Part shown: one piece after another, positions 38,791 to 51,689 of the stretch
Numbering within the stretch: position 1 is the first letter of the stretch
How the letters are laid out: every line of letters starts with the position of its first letter
Position numbers and translations under genes: made by a program
NCBI RefSeq assembly: GCF_018977255.1
Contig: NW_024704743.1
Location: 35,962,001-36,026,000 of the forward strand
Reading direction: 5' to 3'
DNA length: 64,000 nt
DNA from: Callorhinchus milii
Lineage: Eukaryota
Notes under the pieces: generated by a model
The model's database searches: none
The model's input: the letters and a program-made list of their open reading frames with translations, nothing else
What the model was told of the DNA's origin: nothing

Positions 38791-39439
38791 CAGTGTAGTT
38801 TGTGACTGTTTTTGTAGACAAACACAGCAGATGATTCCCACACACAGCTGCCAGGTGTCAACCTCACCTAGAGGATTGGGCCCAGGAAAGGGTAAATAAT
38901 AATAGATTATTTTTAATGCACCTCAACAATTTGAAATAAAATATTCTGGGCAGGGTAGAGTGCAATCTTTACCATTTACCTAAAAATCCAGCGCAGAAAA
39001 TAAATATTAAAACAAACCAAATTGCTTACTTGGATGCTTTAAGCGCAGAAAACTGAAAATCTTTTGCCTGTCGCTTCAAGTCTGGAAATGCAAGATGGGG
39101 GCAGATCACAGCACTTGTTGGGTGTGGGAGGGGGACAGGATACTGTCACTTGTGACTTCAACTGACTTCAATAGAGAATTCCATCTCTGTGAAAACGGAT
39201 TTCCTACTATTCCCCTAAAACTGCTACAAATGTTAGCCCACATTAAACACCAATAATTACAGCAATAACTCAGTACTAATTTAAGGAATATTGTAGATGT
39301 AACTCTTGTAATTTACAATTCAAACACTTCCTTCAGATGAAAGATGCTGCTATGGGAATCTTTATGGGATTCAGCTATAAGCTTCATCTTTTTCATAGGA
39401 TGTGTGGAATATTCCTTGTACCAATCCAATTAGTGGATT

Positions 39440-39797
39440 ATAATGATAATAATAATATAATAATAATCCTTGCTTTTGATATAGCACCTTATCACGTCTT
39501 CCAAGACATCTCAAAGCGCTTCACAGAATATACTGTAAAGTGAATTGACTGTATATTTTATGGGCGAAACGTGGCAGCCAATTTCGCAAAAGACCCAGTT
39601 AATAATCCCTCAAAAAAACCAATAATAATTTGTCACACAGCCACGAGTGTTTGTGGGACACTGCTGTGCGCGATTGGCTGCCGCGTTTCGCCCACAAATA
39701 TACAGTCAATTCACTTTAAAGCATATTCTGTGAAGCGCTTTGAGATGTCTCATAGATGTGAAAAGCGCTATATCAAATGCAAGGATTATTATTATTA
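39440..39797. mobile_element. Inverted pair of young SINE 3' halves
   Basis: - copy 39440-39585 and + copy 39600-39797. Confidence 0.85.
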
Positions 39798-41108
39798 TGT
39801 CAACAACAACAACAACAAAATTACACTTGTAAAGCGAGGATTTTGAATTCTATCCCTGGAGGGATGGGGAGCAAGTGCAGCCGGGCAAAGATTGGGGTGA
39901 TGGGGTCATGGAGCCTGGTGCGGGAGACGACACAAGCTGCAAAGTTCCACACGCAAAATACCGACAGATCACTTGGAAATCAGTGACTGGTCCATTGGTC
40001 CTGTTCTCCATCCCCCGAGTTCAGCACAATATTTGGACCTGAAGCTGCCCATCATTGACACTGGAGCTGCCTGTCCATGGATAGCTTAATTCAGATCCTT
40101 TTTCTAAGAATCAGAGAGTGACACATCCCTTGTCATTGAGCGAGATATCACTCACCAGAACATGGCTTTGACCCTGATGTGTTGCATGTGCTCACTGTTG
40201 CACAAAGAACAAGCGTTAAGATTAATTTGACATCTCCATTACACTCAGAGAATGATGGAGTCAGTTGTGTAATTACATGGCTGATCGAATGGCGTATCTC
40301 CCCTGTTTTCTGGCAGACCTTTATCCATTTCACAATATCTTCTCTCAGAATGAATTCAGGACTGGCTGTGCTTCAGCTGGCCAGGTCACTGAATGTCAAA
40401 TTATCCCTTCATCCTTTTTTGTAGGTCAGAGCAGAATGTGAGCTCTACCTCACTGCCTGCTGTAGAAGATAACTGGTTTAGGAAACATATTACATGCGAT
40501 GCATTTCAGTTCATTGAATCTCGCTCTGCTGCGGCAAATGGAAATCAGATCATTATGAATAAAATCCATTTAACCCTGCAGGAAACTGATAAAGGGACAA
40601 TAATGCTCTCCTGGTATTGACAGCTCCACCATTTGGCTGGGGATGTCATCCTGCTGACAGCATGTGACCCTTTTCGAATTGCCACACTTCAGTAATTTCA
40701 GGAGCAAATAAGAGTGATTGTTTTATAAACGCAAGCCAATAACGCAGACTAAAACTTTATTTTGTTTATTTTGTTTCCAGATTATATACTCTCTGGAGTC
40801 CAAGGAGTAATTAATGGGACATTTTGTTGGAAGAATTCCATCTGTCATTGAAATCAATGGAACCTGCCAAGCGATATGCATATCACCACTGTCGCCTCTG
40901 AGTGCAAGAGCAGAAATTCAGGTCTGACCATTCCCAGGAGTAAATACATGTGATACACTGCAATGTCAAAAAGCCAAGATACATCTCAGTGCATCTGTAG
41001 TGTAGCTTTACTGATAATTACACTGATAGTAATCGCCTGTAAAGCTCTTTAAGATATTTAGACTTAAGACTCTATAAAAATACAATTTTTTTTTTTACCT
41101 ACCTATTC

Positions 41109-41193
41109 CATCCCTCTCTGCCTCCATCACTCTCTGCCTCCATCCCTCTCTGCCTCCATCCCTCCCTCCCTCCTTCCCTCCCTCATTCCTCCC
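41109..41193 (+). repeat. Minisatellite (CCATCCCTCTCTGCCT)x3 grading into (CCCT)n
   Basis: Read directly from sequence. Confidence 0.8.
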
Positions 41194-41249
41194 TTTGTTA
41201 TCCAGACCACTGTGTTTTGTGTCACAAACAGTTCTCTTAAGCAGCTATT

Positions 41250-41681
41250 TCCATCACACAGAGAATACAGTTCCAAGATCCTGGTCCTCACTTTCAAAGC
41301 CCTCCATGGTTTTGCTTCCCCCTATCTCTGCAACCTCCTAACATTCTACCAATGTGCTCATTCTCTCCGCTCAGCGGACTCCGGTCTGCCGTCCCCCGCC
41401 TCGCCTGCCCTCCATTGGCGGGCGGGCCTTCAACCACTCTGCCTCCACTCTCTGGGACTCCATCCTGTGGTCCCTCCGCCTTGCCCCCTCCCTTGCCTCC
41501 TTCAAGACCCATCTGAACACCCTCCTCTTCGACTGTGCCATCAGTCACCCTCCTTCCCCACCTGTCCCCAACCCTCCCTGATCTGGACCAACAGCTCGGG
41601 TCCGAAACATTGATTGTCCAGCACCTTAGGGTATCCTCCCGACGTGAAAGGCGCTATACAAATGTAATTTTGTTGTTGTTG
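41250..41681 (+). mobile_element. L2 3' fragment (subfamily A)
   Basis: KILVLTFKALHGFASPYL..; hairpin; (TTG)n tail. Confidence 0.9.
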
Positions 41682-43279
41682 TATTACAGGCAATCTGTCT
41701 ATATTACAATGCAGGGTATTGTAACAGTTTTACATAGCTGCAATCTTTTGTTGCCATCAGTAGTGGTTTGGTGGCATGCAGTCATTTTTCTAGAAAATTG
41801 TGATCCAGCAGTGAATGTTTCGAGTTTTTAAAAAATGTTTCTCTTCTTCTCTCAACCATGGGCTTCACTGTTTCCTAGTTTAAAATAATAGAATCACATG
41901 GCACCAGAAGATGTCACATTTTTCGCCCACCAAATATACAGTCAATTCACTTTACAATATATCCTGTGAAGAGCTTTGAGATGTCTCAACAACGTGATAA
42001 GGCGCTATATCAAATGCATGTCTTCAGAATCAGATCTCTTCTGTGTCCAATTTTTTTTTACAACCTTACCTGCGATTAAGAAGCACAATCAGGCCGAATT
42101 CTTAAAAGCAAACTTATAAGACAGTTTCCCTGAAAGTTAAGCCTGCCATCAAATTCTGAAATAACTATTATTAAGAGCTGTTCAAGTCAAAAGTGTGGAA
42201 CTTAAATGGATATTAGGCATCACTAGAAAGCTGACACTCTAACCTGCTCACTCTAGGTGCCCACATCTTAGATGCAAAGTATAGAAACTGCTTTAGGGAG
42301 ACTTCATCAGATTGTGGACTCCAAAATTCCTATGTACTTACACTAAAGATCATTTTCTCAAAATGTGAAGCTCTTCATTTGGAGGACGTAGTTATATTTT
42401 AGTGCTGTAGACATTAAGACTGATTTTTTTTTCGAAGCTCAATTTAAATCTTAAACCTAAAATCATTATAAATTTGGAACCCTGGCTCTTTATAAAGCTA
42501 TAAGTTGATAAAATGTCAAAATCTTAATAAGAAAGGGTTGTATTAACAGGAAACTATAAAGATGAGAACAGTATTATTCATGAATTATGTACTTGACGTA
42601 TGCTTAGTGGATAGGATGGCATTTGAACAGATAATCCAGGTTTGGAAATGTCAAATTAAGAAATGTCAAAGTGAGAAGACAAGCAGACCATAAGATTAGA
42701 ATAAGAAGCACCACACCAAATAAAAAGAACACTGCCAGAAGGTATTTGCTTAAGTGTACAAATATTTGCAGTTTTTGGAAAAGATGATAACAGCTGGGAA
42801 AAGTAACCTGATGAAGTATAATCTTGGTTAATATGTAGTTTAGGAAATGTATCCTTCATCAATGTTTGTGTTGCCACAGTATTCAGCTAATCTTTTTGCC
42901 TGTTGGAAATAAAAGATGAATGAATGCTTTCCAAGTTTTGCGGCCACAATTCGACTGAGCAATTGACTGAGCTTCTTTAATGATGGGAAGCAGACTGTCA
43001 ATTGCCTGTAACGAACAATGCTGGCAGGTTTTTTTTTAAATCTCTTTTGAAGGGTAAGGAGATGCCATTCCTGAAAATATGACTCTAACTAGACTCGTCT
43101 GGTAGACAGCCAAAGGCCTAAGATACATTTGAAGAACTATTTCCCTGCACTATCATTATATTTAATCTCTTTATGCAATGCATGATTGTAGAATACCATT
43201 TCACAATATGTTGCTGAGTTTTGGTAAATATGTTGTTACCTTTGAATTAAAGTAAGGATCATACTGAAATCCCCAACAT

Positions 43280-43720
43280 AATTGAAACCCTCATCTATGC
43301 CTTTGTTACCTCCCGCCTCGACTACTCCAATGCCCTCCTCACTGGCCTCCCCAGCTCCACTACCCAAAACTACAACGGATTCAGAACTTTGCCCGCAAAC
43401 CTCTGTACCCCCATCACACCAGTCTTCGTCAGGCTCCACTGGCTCCCTATCACAGAATGGATTGATTTCAAGATCCTCTCACTCTGCTCCATCATCAGCG
43501 GCCCCGTTTCAGCCACTATGCCCTGAAACTTTGGAACTCTCTCCATCAATCCCTCCGCCTTGCCCCCTCCTTCCTCTCATTTAGGTCACTCCTGAAGATC
43601 TTCCTTTTCGACTGAACTTACCTCCTCCCTCCCCCTGGCTCAGCATCAAGCTCCGCCACTGTTAAGCCCTACAAGATGCTGTCCCACGTGAAGAGGGCTA
43701 TATAAATGCAAGTTGTTGTT
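43280..43720 (+). mobile_element. L2 3' fragment, internally deleted
   Basis: ETLIYAFVTSRLDYSNALL..LHWLPI; tail gggctatataaatgcaagttgttg. Confidence 0.85.
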
Positions 43721-45489
43721 TTTAAAATAAGGTGATGTACAATACAATGGCTAGAATAAATGTCATTGGAACACATTAGGTATTTATGAAAAGTGAGCTT
43801 CTCTTTTTACATGCACCACTTAAGTGTTATTCTAGGCTAGGGTTACCTGTCCAGCACACATCTTAAACAATCAGATTAGAGAGATCCTATTTCAGTCATT
43901 GATCTATGCTGCATTTTGTTACAATTCTTCATGTATTCCTAAAAATTATTGGCTGGTGTGACTCCCATCTCCCCTCCCCTACGCAAAGACAGTTCCAAGA
44001 CACCTGGGTTTCCCCCTACCTTCTTCCCTACTCCCTACTCCTGCCCTGCCATCTCCACAGTTGGATTAAGGTCAGAGGATGGTATTTTGAAGCAAATTGC
44101 CTCATTATCCTGGCAAGTCTGGAGTTTCGAGTTATTACAGCCTCTTCTCATTGATTACATCTCTGCTGACATGACTTATGCCCAAACCAATTCACATCTG
44201 GTGTTACTAATTGCTAATGATTCACAAGGAATATGCCATAAGGAGGATTCCACACTGGATTTTACTGTCATGAGGACTTCTACCTGCGAGACTTTACAAC
44301 TTTCTGTCAGATGAATTAAATGCTGGTCTTATTTCTGCACTGGTACCCGTGTTTTTCTGTATTTAATGTCCCATTGCTGTTTACCAATAAATAAATATTA
44401 TTATTATTATTATAAATCTAGCCCAAGATTGTTCTGCTCACAGGAGTTCACACATCTTGATGGTACAACAATGCTGACTATGAAGACCTGGGGAGAAGCA
44501 GTTTGTTATATGCTTAGTTTGCAGATAGATCTTTCAAAGACAATAACCTCTATTGATAAGGAACAGCCTAAGGAATGTGAATTGACAAGTACCTGTCGAT
44601 GAAATCTGCCTTCAGAATTTGCATTATATCTTCTTAGCATGTGTCACTCAAGATTACAGCCATGAACTCTGACAATTTTCTAATGGCCTTTGTGTTATTG
44701 CAGTATAAGTGATCAGTAGATAAGGGTTATATTTGATGTATTTCCCACAGAATAAGTTGAAGGAAGCATCAACCATGCATCAACAGAAACAAATTTTCAT
44801 TGGTCTTCGCATAAACTCAACTAATAGGGATCATCAGTCTCTATGAAGACATGGGGAAAAGGAATGTCATCTGAGATTACACTATACAGAAGTAATGTTA
44901 AAAAGAGACAGATTGAAAGTTCACTTTACTGCCACTGATTGTGGGAAGGGGAGATGAAAAGGGGCTTTAAAGTTGAATTATTCCTTTGATCCCAGCAACC
45001 CAATGTTCATCTAAACTTAGATTTCGGAAGAATAGGATGTTTTGTCATGTTTTACTCAGAACAACATTAAAACTCCCTCTGGGAGTTTTTATCATGATGG
45101 ATCAGTGAAAGTGACTTCAAGTCGTAATCTGCTGTGTTTCTCAGAGGTGGAAAGTTTTCATAATAACAGCTGTGAATTTTTCCATTGAAAATGTAACACT
45201 GAGGTCTAATCTGGGAGTTTCACAAAAAGAAAATCCAGATAAGTCAAGAGGTGGTTAGGTGATGCCAAATTTGTGTTTAAAAAACCTGCAGGTTGTTGAA
45301 GGAAGTGAAGGTTGAGTTGGGAAAAAAAATCCTCAGTCTTGAGATCTTGGATAATCTTGGGTTACAGCAGGAGATAGTGTGATCAGTCTTTACAATAATA
45401 ATAATAATCCTTGCATTTGATACAGTGCTTTATCACATTAGTGAGACATCCCAAAGCGCTTCACAGAATACTGTAAAGTGAATTGACTG

Positions 45490-45625
45490 TATATTAATGA
45501 TATTGATATATAATTTAACATATTAATATAATAATAGTATTAATACATCACATACTATTTAATGTGTAATTATAATATTATTATATAATTACATAACAAT
45601 ATTATTATTATATAATAATATATTA
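45490..45625. repeat. AT-rich low-complexity tract
   Basis: Almost only A/T with TAT/ATA iterations. Confidence 0.8.
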
Positions 45626-45718
45626 TGGGGCAGTAGACATGCAAAGAGCATTAGAATGACATAATTGCAATTTGGGAAGAAAAAGAGAGGAATGTTTGAC
45701 AATGACAATGTTATTATT

Positions 45719-46036
45719 GGAGTCCTGTAGCTTAGTGGTTAGAGTACTCACCTCGCAAGCGAGAGACCTGGGTCTGAGTCCCAGTAAGAGAACCCTTGGG
45801 CAAGTTTCCTTACTCCACACGCCTGAAACTAACCCCTCAAAAAAAATCACAATAATAAAATTGGTCACTTCAATCCACGACTGTTTGTGGGACACTGCTG
45901 TGCGCAATTGGCTATCACATTTTGCCCACAAATATGCCGTCAATTCACTCATCAGTATATTCTGTGAAGCTCTTTGAGACGTCTAGAAGATGTGAAAAGC
46001 ACTAAATCAAATGCAAGGATTATTATTATTATTATT
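45719..46036 (+). mobile_element. Young tRNA-headed SINE, short form, full length
   Basis: ggagtcctgtagcttagtggttagag head through (TTA)n tail. Confidence 0.9.
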
Positions 46037-46169
46037 GTTGGTGAAATACAAAAAGAAAAGAAAGTTCACAACAGTTTGTGTAAAAGGAAGTGGGGATGGA
46101 GACCACAGGTCAGTGAAGTATCAGACCTTTTTTATATTCTGTCCAGAAACGTAAAAGAGTTTGTAGAAG

Positions 46170-46680
46170 AGCCTCATCAAATATGAGTAGTATTGAAGTG
46201 TTGGGTGAACTTGGACTTCAGAGGAGTTAAGATTTATTGAATGGAAGTCATGTTTGGTGTGAAGGAGATAACAGGTTGATTCAGCAATGCAGGATCAAGG
46301 ATGTCGATAGAGGAGGAAGCTTTCAGAGTACAGCTAACAAAGATAAAAGGTGTTAGCTCTTGGTTAGATTTACCAGAGACACTGAAAGACACAAGATTAT
46401 TATTGCTCCATTGAAGAGCATGGCCAAGATCAAGGTTCAGTCACTCGACCAGTGGAATGCAAGAACAGTGAAGTTTTGTGCACTGAGCGTTTGCGATCTG
46501 AAGGAAGTGATGAATTATCCGGAAAAAGTAGCTGGGTTCCTCTAATGATCAAACTGGTCATTGATGCAGAGAAGGATCAAATGATCAGTGAAAAATTGCC
46601 CTGGGGAACCCCTGAATTGATGGGAAAAGAGCCATCATATGAGCCATCAATTACAACACAGATAGAGTGATTCAAGATGG
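46170..46680 (-). mobile_element. Degenerate non-LTR RT fragment, CR1-Zenon/invertebrate-like
   Basis: Minus-strand HSICVVIDGSYDGSFPINSGVPQG / LLCIND / FPDNSSL / LNLDLGHALQWSNNNLVSFS. Confidence 0.7.
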
Positions 46681-47029
46681 GTGTAGATCTGCAGCAGAAA
46701 TTTTGGCAATCTCACTTGGACAAGGCCTAAAGGGTCTGGTGGTGGAGGGAACAAAATGTGAAACATTCAGACTTGTACTGCAGATTGTGGAGTTGTAGAT
46801 TGTAAATTGTGAAGCTGGGGTAGTTTTAGGACCTGTGTCTAACCAATGTGTATCAGATCTGGGAATATTTCTCGCTGTCATTGAGTGCCTAAAAATGCTA
46901 AAATGGAAAAATGATACGTTTCACAGTGCTGACATCATTCATTTTGTTGAACACACAATCTGCTCTTTCCACTTCCCCTCCCCAGAATGATAACTACTGT
47001 AAACGCACAGGAGAAGTCTTGTCAACAGC

Positions 47030-47378
47030 AACAATAATGATAATCCTTGCATTTGATACAGTGCCTTATCACCTCTTTGAGACGTCTCAAAGCGCCTTGC
47101 AGAATATACTGCAAAGTGAATTGACATATATTTTGTGGGCGAAACTTGAGTAGTGTCCCACAAACAGTCGTGGATTGAGTGACCAAATTTTTTGTTAAGG
47201 GATTATTATCCTAGAAAAGCGATCTCTGCCGATTGACTAAACCGGGTTCCTACTTATTGCTAGGTAAACAGAAATGTGTGAAGTATGGAAATTTGCCTAA
47301 GGTTTTGCCCTGCCCCGAAATCGAACTGTGTCCTTTCCCATGTGAGTCAAGTGCTATAGCTACTATGCTACAGGACTA
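47030..47378 (-). mobile_element. Young SINE, long form
   Basis: Head 47310-47378; central block; tail. Confidence 0.85.
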
Positions 47379-47784
47379 CACAATTAAGCAAACTAAATAT
47401 TCTCTCTGTAACACAAAACTGTGGTAAACTGTGATGCTCATGAGGAGATAAACTGCCAAGAGTGAGGTACAAGCAGTTGAAAGCTTATCTTTAGAGCTCT
47501 ATGCAGGAGCTTAGTTGTTCAATGTTGTGTACATATGCACTCATCATTTAATGAAATCATTCAGTTGTTTCCTGACCTCCTTCATTGTCAGCATTCCTTG
47601 GCGTGCAAGTCTCCTTTCCATGCTGAGAGAGCCTTAATCTTGTTCCAAACGGGTTGCCTGTGTATATGTGCACCATCTCAAAGAGTGCCTGTTGTGCCTT
47701 AGATACGTCTATCTGAGATACCTGCGCAGCCTAGTATATAAAGGTACTGGGGAATTTGGACTCAGCTTTAAGAGAGCTCTTAAG

Positions 47785-48364
47785 CTCTGGTCCATGCTTT
47801 TGTCACCTCCTGGCTGGACTATTCAAACGCCCACCTCGCCGGTCTCCCATCCATAAAATCCAACTCATTCAGAACTCTGCCGTCAGCATTCTCACCCGCA
47901 TGAAATTCGCTCGCTGATCACCCCAGTCCTTGCCAGACTGCACTGGCTCCCTATCCCAGAGAGGATCAAGTTCAAGATCCTCACCCTCGTATTCAAGTCC
48001 CTGCACTCCTCTGCACCCCCCTACCTCTCTGACCTCTCTTCTCAAAACAGCACCCATTGCCTTCGTTCCTCCAGGTCTGGCCTCCTCCTTGTCCCCCGAG
48101 TCCTCCGCTCCACCTTCGGCGCCGTGCCTTCAGCCACTATGCCCCGAGGCTCTGGAACTCCCTTCCTTACTCCCTTCGTCTCATTCCCTCCCTTCCCATT
48201 TTCAGGTCTCTGCTGAAGACCTTTCTTTTCAACCGCGCCTTCGGCTATCTTCCCACCCCTCCTCCCCCTGGTTTGGTCCCGGGATCCTAAACTGTAAAGC
48301 GCTCTGAGGCGCCGTCCGGCGTAGAGGGCGTTATATAAATCCAAGTTGTTGTTGTTGTTGTTGT
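47785..48364 (+). mobile_element. L2 3' fragment (subfamily B)
   Basis: LVHAFVTSWLDYSN..LHWLPI..; tail gcgccgtccggcgtagagggcgttatataaatccaa(gtt)n. Confidence 0.95.
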
Positions 48365-48507
48365 TAAGATAAATATTTGGACTCAGCTTTAAGCTAGTAC
48401 CGAACGCTGAAATATGTGTGGGGCTTACATTTATATCAACAGTGATAATTATCACATTGTTCAGCTCTATACTTTTCATACTTAATTTGGTGTAACATAT
48501 TAAAAGT

Positions 48508-48554
48508 ATGGGCCTTTTGGCTAAGATCAAGTGTAGAATCTGTTCTTATCAGTT
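48508..48554 (+). pseudogene. RNU2: U2 snRNA 5' fragment (about nt 1-54, short deletion near the 5' end)
   Basis: ggccttttggctaagatcaagtgtagaatctgttcttatcagtt (48511-48554) matches U2 nt 11-54 with one mismatch in the branch-site recognition sequence (GTAGTA to GTAGAA). Confidence 0.9.
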
Positions 48555-48700
48555 ACTCCTTGGAGAGTTAATCCAATGCCAGAAAAGTTCTGCTGTTAGA
48601 TTTGCTTGTGTTGGTTACCATGAGGCATTATGGAAAGATTGAGATCCTGGGAAAAGTATGGTTTTGACTCTCTGTTGGTTGGGATCGGTATTGAGGTACT

Positions 48701-49021
48701 TATAATAATAATAATCATAATCCTTGAATTTGATATAGCGCTTTTCACGTCTTCTCGACATCTCAAAGCGCTTCACAGAATAGACTGTAAAGTGAATTGA
48801 CTGTATATTTGTGGGCGAAATGCGGCAGCCAATTGCGCACAACAATGTCCCACAAACAGTCGTGGATTGAAAATGGCCAATTTATTATTGCTTTGTTTTG
48901 GAGAGATTATTATTAGGCGTGTGGAGTAAGGAAACTTGCCCAAGGTTTTGCCCTGCCTGGAATTGAACCCAGGTGTCTCACTTAGAAGGCAAGTGCTCTA
49001 ACCACTGAGCTACAGGACTCC
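48701..49021 (-). mobile_element. Young SINE, full length, nested in the U2 chimera
   Basis: Head 48955-49021; tail 48701-48780. Confidence 0.9.
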
Positions 49022-51204
49022 TACAAGAGTTTGATCTGCCCTCACAAAGAGGAAGCAGAGATACTGGAACTCAGAGCTCACTTGAGTACTTGGTCACTAT
49101 GCTCAGGGAAGGCTTCCTCTGCAGGGAGGTGATCTGGCTCGGGTGGTCGTGAAGAGTTTATTTCAGGTCCGCATTATCCTTTGACAATTTTGAGGCTTAG
49201 AAGAGTTTGGGAGGATTGGGGGTTGGCGGGGACAACCCTTGCTCCCAAAGTGGAAGGTATTTGGTCTAATTCAGTTAAAGGAGGTGTGCAGGCCTTACCT
49301 CGCTCACTAATAAAATAAAACATATTAAAAGTGTAGGTTAAACAAGCTTGATTCAGTGTAAATGTTCATTGCTATAAAATAAGAATAAAGAATAGGAATG
49401 TATTACCTGTTCTGCTGCTTGAGCGCATGTTCTATTGAAAGGTCAGGTATTGCATTTCACCAAGTTATTTTACTGGCACAAAGCTATACTTATATGTGAA
49501 CTCCAGTAAATGACCAACATTTCTGTTTACACTATTCATTTAGCTAATGGCTCAAAAATTTGTGGCGTTCTGTGAATAGAACAGGTGCACTTCAGTAATG
49601 TTCTCAATGTCAAATAAAATCTAAATGAAAAGTAATTACAGGGAAGAGCAAGACTCAGCGATCATTTCCCAGCATCTAGGTATCTGTGCCAAGAGCTACG
49701 GGATGATTAGTGACAGGATGATGGACCAAGTTTGTGTTCAGTTTCAGCATCTTGTTCTAATATAATCCACTACTATATACCTAGCTTCTTGCTCTATATA
49801 ATTCACTATTAATGATTCAGGCGGTATGATTTATCCAACACTATGGTTGGAATGTGGAGAATTGATTTTGTTAGAGAAAATATTGTAGCTATTTCCCCTT
49901 CTCCCCATCCCCTTCCACATATAAATAATTCTTGGAAATCTTTTAACCTGCGTATGGCTACAAATACACAATTACTGCATATTACAGAAAAGCTCTGTGG
50001 AGCTCTGATATATTTAATTGTGATAAAACCCTATATAAAAACCAGTTTTAAAAATAATATATAGCAATGTTCTTGCATGCTATCTCTGTCTCATGCTTCT
50101 ATTATTGAAATAAAATAATATTAACTTTTAATTGTATAAGAGCACACTTTATAGGCCTCACTTTCCTTATTGTACAATACCGCAAGCTAGATACAATTAT
50201 CCAATCCCACAATTAACCATAATTCTGTAAACTACATTTATGGGAAAAATTTGGCCACTGCAATGATTCTTAATATTATTCCTCCCAAAGATTCACATCA
50301 CATTATGTCTATAGAGTGCATGAACTACTTTTACTTAAAAAAAATCTCCAAGAACTGGTGAGTGGTAGCCTATGCATCACTGACGCATATGCAGCATACA
50401 TTTGTGCAACAAGTGACTGAAGTAACTGTCAGGTTATTTATTTAACAAGCTGACAACTGCAGTTCCTGCCAGAGACAAATGTAAAGGTTGTTGGGGGGGG
50501 GTAGATGTTTCTCTGAATTAATTAACCAGCAGTGCGTGCTCCTGCAGTTCCCTGCTGTTTGTCTTGTTAACTATAGGAAAGCTAATCAGTCACAAGTGAT
50601 CTCCATCAGTCAGCCTTCCTGTTCTAAGAAAACAGCTCCTCACTGAATAATGGATCCATATGAGGGCCTTTCAAAACAGGAACATAGTCAAGGGCTTCAG
50701 ATGTCATTATAAGCAATGAGAACAAATCCCAAAAGCGCTGATGTGAACTCATCAAAGCCTCAGCTTTGTGTTATTGAGTGAAACTTTATTTGTGTTAACT
50801 GTGAAACAAACCTATATTATCTTCTTCATAGCATAATGGCTATTGGTCTCTGGGCCAACAGCTACCACTCTGCCAGCCAAAAGAATGCCGTTTCCTCTAA
50901 ATGATTGCACTATTTTTCTTCCTTTCCCTAATTATGAGAAATACTCTACGGAGACTGAGATGTATTCCCAGGCTCTTGCCAACGTAGCTATACAGCTAGT
51001 TATTTGGACCTTAGTGAGACTGGTTTCAGGTGACTATTTTCCTCCTCGAGGGGGAAATATGTGGCATCAACCTGGAGCCTTTGTATGTCTGAGATCAGAA
51101 TAGACAATACATAGGAAATAAGAACACAAACAATGATCCTAACACTACAGGAAACAACACAGAAACATTCAGCCACTCTCTCTCCTTGACAAATGAATTC
51201 ATTC

Positions 51205-51520
51205 AATCTCTGATCTGTGCTGAGTTAGCTCACCTCAGCTAAGGGTGCAGTAGAGGAGCTCTTTATGTGTTGGAACAGGGGAAACATCAACCAACATTCC
51301 AGTCTTGAACAGGATGCAGTGATTGTTACTGGAACATGTTAATGGATGATCTTCAGTGAGGAAAGGATGCAGCTCAGCTGATATGCTGCCTCCTGTGAAT
51401 AGGCTGCCGACACTTATTGTCTTCTCTGATACATGAAGAGTGTATACTTGGGCAAAGATACATTTTTAAATGTACGTCAGCCCAAGTCAGTGCCTTCAGG
51501 AACATAGGGGAAATACGTGG
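51205..51520 (+). mobile_element. Ancient SINE-like family copy
   Basis: ctgtgctgagttagct..ctcagct and gctgccgacactta..catgaaga..acttggg motifs. Confidence 0.55.
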
Positions 51521-51689
51521 AGGAAGCAAACAATATGAATCTTATTGTCTAGAAATAATAGAAAATATTGCTCTTTGCAGAAATATGTAAACCAAAGAAG
51601 TGACTAAAAGTAGCTAGTTTGCAGAATATGTATCAATAAACATCGATTACTTAGATCCCGATGGTGCAGTAATTGATGTGATAGAGAAC

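Larger units (their letters stand above)
48508..49318 (+). mobile_element. U2-headed retroposed chimera with Tx1-like 3' body and 14-bp TSD
   Basis: AACATATTAAAAGT at 48494-48507 and 49319-49332; U2 head; tail ctaataaaataaaa; degenerate Tx1-like C-terminal coding at 49122-49269. Confidence 0.7.

Noticed and set aside
48511..48554. Functional U2 snRNA gene
   Set aside because: Only ~50 nt are present; no Sm site or 3' stem-loops; the branch-site recognition sequence is mutated.
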